From Monocercomonoides exilis PA203 (Eukaryota > Protista > Preaxostyla): a stretch of DNA of 64,000 bases. The notes under the pieces are model-generated. The model was not told the DNA's origin. It did no database searches and saw only the letters and a program-made list of their open reading frames with translations. Below, piece by piece: positions 27,701 to 38,769 of the stretch; positions within the stretch are counted from its first letter, which is position 1, and each line of letters opens with the position of its first letter. The DNA is taken from assembly GCA_001643675.2 (NCBI GenBank), contig LSRY02000025.1:806001-870000 (forward strand), read 5' to 3'. A program made the position numbers and the translations under genes.

Positions 27701-28708
27701 ATTGAGGATTCGCCTTTGACTTCTCTTTGCAGCTCCTTTTTGGATGTGTCGGTGGTGTGGTGGGGAGCAGTCATGTGGATCACTTTTTGCTCGATGAACA
27801 GCTGCTTCCGCTCGATCAGAAAGATCTTGCTGTCGAACAGGTCATCGCCCACGTGCTGGTAGCCAACCCACTTTTGCACAGCTCTTCCTAGCGCATACTG
27901 CTCGATGCAGAACGTAGATGAAGGGGAGGTTGGCAAAGGATCTGGATACTTGGCAAATGGCTCGGGTTCAATCCATTCACGCCATTCTGCCTCCCACTTC
28001 GCAAAAAATTCGCGTATAATAGCGGTGCGAAATAGCATGTAGCTGGCTTGTGGTACGAAACTATCAAGTTTTGAGTGCAACAATTTTGAAAAAAAAAATG
28101 ATCGAATATAAAAAAAAAAATATTGAAGGTAATACCATTTTGATTCTCCGTCAATCCAATTGCGCCTGAATTCTGGATTCGAATTTACATGATCAGACAG
28201 CAACGCCATTTCACGAGACGAATGGAAAAATTCTTCTGAAAACGTGTTTAAACTTTTCAAAATAACTGTATCGCTGTCAACCCAAATAATTGGATCATAT
28301 TCCGTCGAAAATTCCGCAATATCCAATTTGTACTATTTGTTTAAAAGTTAAATAATAAGGTTTAGACAAATATATGAGAATTATCGAGAAATTATTGATT
28401 GAGTTAAATATGCAATGTTCACACTTGTGTTGGGTACCATTTCTCAAAATGAGAAATTCCCTGTTTAAAGTGGATAGTCTTTGCTTGGGGAAACGCTGAT
28501 ATTATTCGACTTTGCAGATCTGCGAAAGGTTTGTCACTTGGAATAATTACCCCAATATTACAATTCATTGTAGTTTTTATCAATGACGTGATAGCGTTAA
28601 AAGTCATTTCAGAATCTACAAAATTTTCAATTAAAAAAAATGAGAATAATTGAGCAAACATTTCGGGCTACCATCGAAAATAAAGCAATATATAGGATTG
28701 AAGGGCAT
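14116..28708 (-). CDS. GT8-like (GT-A fold) glycosyltransferase domain fused to ~4,500 aa of Ser/Pro/His/Glu-rich low-complexity sequence, ~4,793 aa
   Basis: Exons 28708-28660, 28615-28425, 28332-28136 and 28060-14116 splice in frame (GT-AG introns of 44, 92 and 75 nt). Spliced N-terminus MPFNPIYCFIFDGSPKYSEMTFNAITSL...TQYKLDIAEFSTEYDPIIWVDSDTVILKSL...FVPQASYMLF...IEQYALG matches the GT8 motif order, including DxD and the DQ-x-x-L equivalent. Confidence 0.75.
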
Positions 28709-28871
28709 TGAGCAATTATTCTTGTCAAGTTCTACTGAGTAGAAAATCTTAACTTGATGTTTTCCTTCTTCTACTGGAATATACCGAAGATACGCCCAAT
28801 CCTTGATTATAAAAAATAATTATTGATCAATAGATATTATTTTGATTATTCGGTAATATTTATTTGCAAAA
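28709..28871. promoter_or_regulatory. Probable bidirectional promoter (163 bp between divergent ATGs)
   Basis: Head-to-head start codons at 28708 (-) and 28872 (+). No specific motif identified. Confidence 0.45.
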
Positions 28872-29652
28872 ATGTCTATTGGTGTAATCGAGATGGACGT
28901 GTGCAAATAGAAAATTTATTTATTTTAATTTAAATATATTTAGGATACAAAACAAAGAATTAGAAACATTCTAGAAAAAGAAAAAGAATTGAGAAAAGAA
29001 TCACAGCAAAATGGTTATTCTGATGGAAGTAATATTCACAAGTCAGTTGTTAACCCCAAGCCTATATCCGTGGCAGATAGGATTTATGCTGTTTTTATCT
29101 GTTTTGTTGCCTTCCTTTTGTTCAAATATACGAATTATCTCGATGTCGTTATGCATGATGAACGAATAAATAGGTATGATTATTCCTTAATTAGCTTTTT
29201 TATTTTCTTTTTTAAAATATTTTTTTAACTTTTTTCTGTTTTCAGATTTTGGATGAAAGCTGCTGAATTCAGTTTATCTGTATTTTTATGTTGTGCTTTC
29301 TATATTATGTTTAAGTCACATGACGCAAGAAAACTTCCACTAAATGTTTGCATTTTACATTTAAAACTTTATTTGTTTTATTCCGGCTGTTTTCTCTTCA
29401 TTTTTATTGTGATTATTTAAAGCAATATTCCGCAAGACATCCAAAAATGATACCTTTTGCATCATGTTGGATGGTTGCAACTATAATTTTGTACATCATC
29501 GCGCATTGGAATGCATATTCATTTTTGTGTGAACTTTTTTTTCAAATTTTTTTATATTGTAACTTACAAAACTTTCTTTTAGTTCGATTCTTATTGTTTT
29601 CGGATGGTGTTATTTAATTATTCACGCAGCATATTTATTGCCTGATTGGTAA
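28872..29652 (+). CDS. TMEM128-like small multi-pass membrane protein (5 exons)
   Basis: Four GT-AG introns splice to MSIGVIEMDDTKQ...YAVFICFVAFLLFKYTNYLDVVMHDERINRFWMKAAEFSLSVFLCCAFYIMF...QYSARHPKMIPFASCWMVATIILYIIAHWNAYSFFSILIVFGWCYLIIHAAYLLPDW*. Four hydrophobic segments and a Y-x3-H/YP-x2-IP...W-x2-W/Y-SF pattern resemble TMEM128. Confidence 0.6.
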
Positions 29653-30238
29653 TTTTTTCCCCAACTTATCAACGCTTCGATTTGGATTTTCGTTGATCGC
29701 TTCTGATCATAATTTTTTGTGAATGTGTTTGAGTGAAAATTATTTCCATTAAGCTTTTTTTATTCAAAGTCATTTTTGAAAAAATTAATTTTTAAGAAAA
29801 GAACATTCCCTTATCATTTTCTTCGAAAGGCAAAAATCTTTAAACAAAAAATTTCTCCAGCACTATTTGAAATTATAAACACTCTGTTATTTGGAGTTGC
29901 GAGGTGAAAAAACGATGAAAATGAAGTTTGAAGAAACTTTTTTGAACATAACACAAAATCATGTATTATTGAATTAGAGCTCATGAAGAAGAAGAAGAAG
30001 AATATTAAGAGAAGAATAAGTAGTAGCAAGATAAGAAAAAGCTAGAATTTTAGTACTCGTCTCCTCTCAATAAAAAAACAAAACAATTTTTATTTTCAAA
30101 AATAATTTAAAAATACAACAGAAAACATTTCTTTTTTCTTTCTCTTTTTTTTTTCAGTTGATGTTGTTGTCTGCTTCAAAATTTTCTTTTGAAATATCTT
30201 CCACTCTGAATCTTTTTCTATACTCAAGCACAAAGGTT

Positions 30239-32426
30239 TTACATATACTTCCCTGTTCTCTTCGCAAGAGGCAGAGGTCCATCAAACGTGTGTTTCTTTT
30301 GGCTCAGGACGCTCTTCTTCAGATAAGAATAGTCCTTTCCTGAGTACTTGTACGACATGGATGCATAGCTGCTGTCTGCCCACTCGATGTCAAAGTAGTT
30401 CGCATTCCACGTCTCTCCATAGCGTGTCACTGTGCCCATGACATCATACGGCCTTTGAATGAGCATTCACAGAAAAAGAATATATTTGACAAAAATAAAT
30501 AAATAAATAAAAAGGAAAAAATGATTCATTTGAAAGTTTCGGTGAAAATATAAAATATATGTGTATATATTCTTTGAATCATCATCAATAAATATTTGAA
30601 AAAAGTGGAGGAAAAAAAAATCACCAATTTCTTTTTCATCTCTTTTCATTTTTTGTCTCAAAAGCACACATCCAATAGTAACCACAGTTATCCTTATCAT
30701 TAGCCAAAAAGTCGAGCTGTGACTTGAGCGGCTGGAAGGCGTCTGCCACCATCGACGGCGGCACCTCTCTCAGAGTGAATGTTCCAGCAGTCTTTCCGTC
30801 TGATTTCTGGATCGTCACAAACTTCGCTGTGACAAGGCTGTTGGTGTCGTGTGTGAATGAATCGAGGAAGTAGCGATACTTCGTGGTGTCGCACTTGTAG
30901 CGAGAAGCGTTGTGGCACTCAAACTCAAACGGCTGGCGCAGCACACGAAGAAGCTCGTCAGCATACTCTTTCTTCAGACACATCTCAACAGATTTCTCTT
31001 CGTTGCTGGCACTGTTGCTTGTGCTGTTTCCGTTCTGCTTCATGGCTTCTCTCTTCTCCTTCACGAACCTTTCTCTCATCTCATTCGCCATCTTCTTCTC
31101 AGCACGTCCCATGTTCTTCATTTGCGTGGGGCCAGCCTGCAGGTCTGTGCAGCTCATCCAATTCTCTGGGTTACCTGGGTTGGGGCAGATGTACCGCTCG
31201 TCCCATGTGGAGATCTCCCCGAGCCAATACCCCAGCGAATGGGAGCCTCTGCCTCCTCGAGTCAGATGCGATGCAGGGTCCCACGGATAGAGCTGGTCGT
31301 GCCAGCTGTTCTTGATGGCAAACCCTCCTTTCTCTCCGTGGAGCGTGATCCACTCGTCGTTGTAGCCCACCATCTGCATCGCATGCCCGCCTTCTGCCAC
31401 AAAGTGGGTGTTCAAATACCACTCTCCGTCCATGTTGTACCCAGGCTGCTCAGTTCGCAGGCACAAATCATCCTCTGCGTGCTTTGTCACAAATGCCGGG
31501 CACTTCACTCGATCTTTCCATACTCCACACAGTGGCGAATAATCTCCACCTGCCTTTTGATCGTCTTTGTAGCACGGGATGTAATACACATTCGTCCATA
31601 CATCGGTGCTAAATGCCAGTGCCATATCTTTCTCGCGCATCAACTCCTTTGCGTCATCAATATCGTAAACAGTTTTCATATCAACGATATTAAATTTTAT
31701 TGGGTTCTTCTTGGACTTTATTGCTTTATCGAGATCATCGCATTTCCACTCGTCTTCGTCTTCTGGAAGATATGGACATAATGATTCTGGAAACAGTTTA
31801 TCATATAATTCTGGAAGATAATATAACTACAAATTCAATTTGAAAAAATTCATTATATTCAATAAAAACAAGAATCCAATACCCATGCAGGTTCTCCACC
31901 AGCAGTTGTGTTCATTTCTGGTCCGGCTTGTAGTTCTTTACAAACAGCATAATTTTTTGGATCTTGGCAAGCCTTTACTATCGAAATTCCAAAAGCTTGA
32001 ATCGAAAAAGGAACGTATTGGTCCTCTTTTAAAAAGCCTTTTAGTATTCCATTTCTTCGATAAGATTGCTCTAATGGCCCAACGAGCCCATGAACCCTTT
32101 TTGAATCATTTAAAAATTTCAAAGTTTATTAAAAAATTATTCTTGAAGAATAAAAAAATCGCAAACCAACAGGTTCCTCTATTTTCCTGAAATGTTTCTG
32201 GAGGAGGGAAGCTTGTTGCATATTTATGCTTGGGCCAATAGCGAGATGACACTACTGGCGTCTCTGGTTGAGTAGTATACACAAAAGCTGAAACAACCAC
32301 AGTGGCAATTCCAAGAATTAAAATTGCTACCAGAAAAATAATTGTGATAAATTTAAATATAGGATTTTTTTCTGGCTCTTTTTGCAGTTGTTTATAATCG
32401 ATTTCTTTCTCACTGGTTGTGTACAT
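30239..32426 (-). CDS. Papain-family (C1A-like) cysteine peptidase with N-terminal TM anchor (4 exons)
   Basis: Splicing restores QENRGTCW (oxyanion Gln and catalytic Cys), GGHAMQMVGY (His) and FAIKNSW (Asn). N-terminal hydrophobic FITIIFLVAILILGIATVVVSAFVY. Introns at about 32097-32166, 31827-31882 and 30453-30669. Confidence 0.85.
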
Positions 32427-32619
32427 TAAATAAAATACTGATCTTAAACATCATATGTATGTTTTTCTTTCTCATGAACATGAATCATATTTATTCATGT
32501 GAAACAAAAGTTTTTGATTGTATGCAAATTGGTTATAAAAGATTTGATATTTTTGCTTTATTCATTATTCTTTTCAGATCAAAAATTGTTTTTTGATCAC
32601 TTGCTCATTCTTGTTTCAC
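32427..32619. promoter_or_regulatory. Probable bidirectional promoter (193 bp between divergent ATGs)
   Basis: Head-to-head starts at 32426 (-) and 32620 (+). Confidence 0.4.
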
Positions 32620-34203
32620 ATGTCTATTCAGAGCTCAACATCCGCAGAATCTTCCATTCTCTATCAGTCAAATGATGCAGAAGAAGTTAATCCTTCTGAA
32701 TCTCCACTTCCAGCATCAAATGCACTATTTTTCCATCCAAATTCAAGGCAATTTCTTGATCAACAAGTTTCAAGAAGATTGCATGCTCAACATTCTGGGT
32801 CAGCATTTTTTGCACATCCCACATTCGAATTACGGACAACTTCTGAATGTGTTTGAATCTTATTTTTAATGATCTTTTTCGAGACTAATTTCTCTATTTA
32901 TTGGTGGATCGACATAAAATTATTCTTAATTTATTAGAAAAGGAGAAGAAAGAGATATGCTGTTGTTGCAATTAGTGATTCGTTGACAGATATTGTTATG
33001 AATGTCAGTGAAGCTCAGCTTGCATCTTTGGGTTTAACAAAAGGAGCATCATTTCCAATTGATGATGAAGTTACAAAAAAAATATTAAATCTTATGGAAA
33101 CTGTTCAAACCTCAAAGCATTCTGGTGGATCTCCAACAAATACAATTTTTTCTTGCTCAAGTCTTGGTCTCAAATGCGCTTATGTTGGATGTGTCGGAAA
33201 TGATGATAATGGTTATGATTATATAAACTCTTTACGAACAAATGACATTGATACCTATGTTTCCATTAAAAAGGGTAATTCGGCTGTATGCTACACTTTT
33301 ATTACTCCTGACGGACAGAGATCTTTTGGCTTGGATTTCGGAGTTACAAAGCAACTTGAGGAATATGAAATTCTTCATTCTCTGATAGAAGAAGCCCAAT
33401 TTCTTCATTTTTCTGCTTATGAACTTCGTGGCGATACGTCAATGAGCAAAGCGACGATGCATGCAGTGGAGCATGCCAGAGAAAATGGCACACAAATTAG
33501 CATTGATATGGGAGATGCATTTTTGATTGAAACTTGTTTCGACAAGCTTATGGAACTATTTCAGACTCCTGTTGACATTATATTTGCAAACGAAGAAGAA
33601 GCAAACGCGTTATGCAAAATTCTTAAGGAAAAAAGGCCGGAATTGTTTAAAAGCCCAGTGATGATTCCACAATCGTCTGATTCTCAAAAAAAGACTTTTC
33701 AGGAGCAGGAAGCAAAAGAATCTTCAAGTTCCTCTTCGTCTTTGATCACTCCAACTCCCGTTCATCCTGATGAACAGTCGTCAAGCTCCTCTGCGTCTCA
33801 GACTTCTCCATCTCTTCAACCGTCTGCTTCTTCAAATTTGCTTGCATCTGTGTCTCCATCGCTTTCTTCATCCTCCACTACTGAGCTTCCAACAATTCCT
33901 GAAGATTATATGCAGCTCCTCCGTTTCTGTCAGTTACTCATTGTGAAGTTCGGAGAAAAAGGATCTGTTGCAATCCGCCGTAAAGATCGGAAAATCGCTT
34001 ATTGCCCTGCTTACAAAGTCGATTGCGTCAGAGACACCAATGGAGCTGGAGATAATTTCCAAGCCGGTTTCTTTTATGGATATTTCAGAGCTCTTAGTTT
34101 GCCTACGTCGTTGAAGATTGGAAGTTTCTTGGCTTCAAAGGTTATTGGAAGAGGAGGAGCACAACCTTCAGTGCAAATCTCTGGAATCGAGTATTTAATC
34201 TAA
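32620..34203 (+). CDS. pfkB/ribokinase-family kinase, adenosine/inosine kinase-like (2 exons)
   Basis: Motifs GGSPTNT, GCVGNDDNG, ITPDGQRSF, FANEEEA, VKFGEKG and DTNGAGDNFQAGFFYG. Intron ~32851-32937 joins ...TTSEC to KRRRKRYAVVAISDSLTD. Confidence 0.85.
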
Positions 34204-34801
34204 GCGAAAAAACAAGGAAAAATATTTGGCAGATAAAAAGTTAATACGTGATAGATGGTTATGTGTATTTATTTTGAGGATACGAAATAGCAATTTCGTT
34301 TACAAATCAATTTGTTTTTGCTTCTTTCAAAATAATTTAAAAAATGCATTTTATTCCATGTTTTCTTTTCTTTTTAATTTTCAATTTGAACTTATTTTCG
34401 TTTTTATGAAGTTTTCGAGTTAGAAGGAGAAAGTTTTGTAAGGAAGTCTATTAATCGAAGATTTTAGGATGTGGAGAATAATTTGGAGAAAACTATTTTT
34501 TTTATTGATTTTTGGTCATGTGCAACGAGATCACTTTTTATATTAAGTAGTTTAATTTGTATGCATGACATTCTCTGTGTCTACACTCTCAATCCTTCTT
34601 CTCTATTTACATTTTTCATACATATAACATTTTATTAAGGGTATAATTTTGTTATATTCCTAAATAATATTTATATAGCACTTAAAATAAATAAAATAAT
34701 ATGGTGGTGTGTTTTAAATTTCACAAAAGGCGAAAAAATCTGATAAACTTAGTAAAAATTCCCTTAGGGTTTGATCAATGATACGTATCCATAATAAAAT
34801 A

Positions 34802-37529
34802 ATGAACAAAGAGCAAAATAAAATCAAGGGTATTTCGGAAATAGTAAAGGAAATCGTTGATTTGTACAATCAAGGAAAAGATATAGATCAATATTCTATC
34901 GTTTCTCGGATATGCGGTTTGTATACAGTTTGTTATTAAAGGAAAATGCGTTTTGTAATATATTTGTACAAAAACAAATTTGCTAAAAAATGTTTATCAA
35001 ATTGACTCCAATACCAGGAAAATACAGTATATCTGTACCAAAATTCACAGATATTATATTGGCAATACCTGATGATTATAGGTTTATTTTTTTTTCTTTT
35101 TGGCGAATGTTTTCTTTGACTTTTCAATAGAGAAAAAATATTACCAATTCTTAAAGTGAAGCCTGTTCGAACAGCATCTGGAGTTTGTCTTTTTAATAAT
35201 TTTTCTGCAATTTAATCTTTTATGTCATCTTTTGTTAAGATTGCTGCTGTTGCTGTTATGTGCAAGCCTCATAGATGTCCTCACATAGAAAGAGACGGTC
35301 ATTCATGCGTTTATTGTCCAGGAGGATTAGATTCTGATTTTGAATATTCTCCTCAATCTTACACTGGATATGAACCGACAACAATGAGAGCAATTCGAGC
35401 AAGATATGATCCATTCATTCAAACAAAGATGAGACTTGAGCAATTTGAACGATTGGGGCATAACACAGAGAAGGTGGAATTTATAGTTATGGGAGGTACA
35501 TTCATGAGTTTAACAACTGAGTATAGAGCACAATTTATACAAGCTCTTCACGATGCTCTATCTGGTCACACATCAACAAGCCTTGAAGAATCTGTGATGT
35601 TTTCAGAGCATTCAACTCATAAATGTGTTGGTATCACTATTGAAACAAGGCCAGATTATTGTCATGAAAATCACATCGATGATATGCTTAGCTATGGTAT
35701 TTGCTTTTTTTAAAAATATTAATAATTGTTGATTTTTGATTTCTACTTTTTTGTAAACGTAACAAATAGGATGCACAAGATTAGAGATAGGAATGCAATC
35801 TGTTTTTGAAGATGTTGTTAAATCAGTGAATCGGTTTGATAAAATTTTTTCATAAAAATAACCTAATTCGAAATTATTCTTTATCAATTATTATTTTTTC
35901 CAAAACCGTTTCTTATTTTTTAGAGGTCATACAATTGCAGATGTTATTGATTGCTTTCGTTTGTGCAAAGATGCTGGATACAAAGTTGTGGCTCACTTGA
36001 TGCCAAACCTTCCAGGTGTTAGCTTTGATAGAGATGTCGAAACATTCAGAGTATGTGCATCGCTATATCTCTTTTTCAATATATTTCTTACAAAAAACGT
36101 TCACATATCTTTTCATAATTACCTTTTTTGCAATTCATTTATTTCGTTTCAAATAAATTGCATGTCATTTGTCAACTTCAATGCAGATTCTTGCAGAAAA
36201 CCCTGATTTTCGACCTGATGGCCTGAAAATCTACCCCACATTGGTAATGAGAGGAACTGTGCTGTATGATGACTGGAAGACAAGGAAATATCGTTCGTAT
36301 CATCCAGGCGATCTGATCGATCTTCTGGCGCGAATGCTCTCCTTTGTGCCTCCTTGGGTCAGAGTGTACAGAATTCAGAGGTTTGTGCTGATGTGGAACC
36401 GATTGGTTTAACGGTTATATGAGGTTGTATTGTAATTGATGTTTTAAAAAGAATATAAAAATTGAGAATTTTCAGAAGTTTTTTTGAACAAAACTTTTTA
36501 TTGAATGCAATTTTTTTTTGTTTTAATTTTTATTTTTCATAATTTTCTAATTGAATTGTTCAGGGATATTCCAATGCCTCTTGTCACTTCAGGTGTTGAA
36601 GCAGGAAATCTTCGCGAAAAGGCGCTTAGACGAATGGAAGATTTTGGCTTAAGATGTCGAGATGTCAGGACAAGAGAAGTGGGAATTGTTGATATCCACA
36701 GCAGAGTTAAGCCGGAGAGGGTTGAATTGATCAGGAGAGATTACACTGCAAGCGACGGATGGGAAACATTCTTGGCGTATGAAGATCCTCAACAAGGTTT
36801 GCGAAGACAAGAAATAGAGTTTAAAAAAAGGAGATTTTTAGCTTTGCTTATTATTTTTGCACAATTCGTAATTTGGAACTTGATGCGAGTTTTTTATTAT
36901 TTTTTTCAAAATGTTGTCTATTACATATATATTTGCTTGGTTTTTTTTCTTTTATTTCAACATATTCTATTCATTCAGACATTTTGGTTGGTCTTCTTCG
37001 TCTGCGGAAATGTGCTTCAAGAACTTTTCGAAAAGAGCTAATAAGTGAAAAGAACATAAATGTCAAAACAAAAAAAGAACATTCCGTTAGCAATAAATCA
37101 ATGATGAATCTCACAAATTGTTGGGATGACAACGATTCAGAAGAAGAAATCGAGGAAGAAAATGAATATTTGAATGGCAACAAAATCTATGAAAACGAAA
37201 ACGGACTCGGAGTGGACGATGGCAATTCAATCAAAGCTGAATCTTCTTCGACAGATAAGCAGATTCCTTTTTCTTGTGAGCATGAGCCTCAGTCAATTGT
37301 GCGAGAGCTGCATGTTTATGGACAGGTTGTCTCAATTCACACAAGAGACACTAAGCAGTTTCAGCATCAAGGATACGGAATGCTCCTTATGGAAGAGGCA
37401 GAAAGAATCGCAAGGGAAGAACACGGATCAACCAGGCTTGCAGTGATAGCTGGTGTTGGCACAAGGGGATATTATAGAAGAATGGGATATGAATTAGAAG
37501 GTCCATATATGGTTAAATCGCTGGTTTGA
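34802..37529 (+). CDS. ELP3: Elongator complex catalytic subunit Elp3 (radical SAM + KAT; tRNA U34 modification), 9 exons
   Basis: Spliced motifs [123 protein letters not shown] and GPYM. Eight GT-AG introns keep frame. Confidence 0.97.
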
Positions 37530-38769
37530 AGAAAAAATGAGCGATTGTTGTTTGATTTAATTAAATAGTTGTTTTAAGGATCTGAGAAATAAGAAAAGCA
37601 AACAAACTAGCTTGAATTTTGAATATTATTTGATGCATTTACTTTTCATTGACATTTTTTTTATTTCTTTTTGAATAATTTATCACTTCATTTTTGTGAA
37701 ATATACGAATTGAACAGTGAATTCTATCCAAATGTATTGAACAAAAATGCATTTATTTGAGATCTTCAAAACATTCGAAAACTGTGATAGTGAAAAGAAA
37801 AATACGTATCAACAATCAGGTGAGTTTGTTGGGAATAATCAATGCTGAACCATGTCACTCTTTTTTCTTTTTCTGATTCCATCACCTATGTATTTTGATA
37901 AAATTCACTTTAAAATACATAATCAGAGTTTTCACAAGTAAAAAGAGTTTTTTTTTTTTTTTTTTTTTTTCCTGCAACAATCGATATTCACCAGATTTGA
38001 AAATATCCTCTATCATATGGGCGATTATTTTAGAAATCATTTTTTCTTTGAAAAATTTCAGTTTTCATTTTTTGTTATGACTTTATGTCAACGAACACAG
38101 AGAAGAAATAACTTCAACACAAATGGGTATTTTTTTTTGAAAAGTCACAAAATTTTAATTGATCTGAAAATCAGATCACAAATGATCAGAAAATGATGAT
38201 CATTCCGTTCCCATCATGTATTGTCATTTATTTCAATTTGTGGCTTATTTGACTAATTATAAAGTATTAAGTTTCAATTTAACTCATTTCATATAAACTT
38301 TTAGTTTAATTGTTGTATATGTATAAGTTCATATTCTTTTAGTTGTTATTCATAATGAACAATAAATTGCAATAATTTTCAACTATTTCATTTCATACGT
38401 TTTTATATATGTCTTATTTTATTGTTTATTAACTAACTCCTTTTTCATATTATTCAATTTCCAATAAAATAATGATAATACATATTTTTTCTTGTTATTC
38501 TTTTTCATATTTATGATTTTGAAGAATACAATATTAAAAAGATTGAAATACACGAATTCATTCAAAGATGTGCGAATAGAACGTATATACATGTAAAAAA
38601 ATGCTTCAAACAATCTTTCCATTGAAGAGTTCTTGTATTATTCAACAAGTTCACTCTTATTTCTCATCTTTCAGTTTTAATGATGTTTCAGATGCTTTGA
38701 CATTAACAGCATTAAAAGTATCATCATCAAAAGAGTACGACATAAAAAGTTAATTAAAAATTATTGTGG

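Noticed and set aside
14316-27862. Numerous + strand ORFs with poly-E/K/L tracts
   Set aside because: Antisense shadows of trinucleotide repeats in the giant minus-strand gene.
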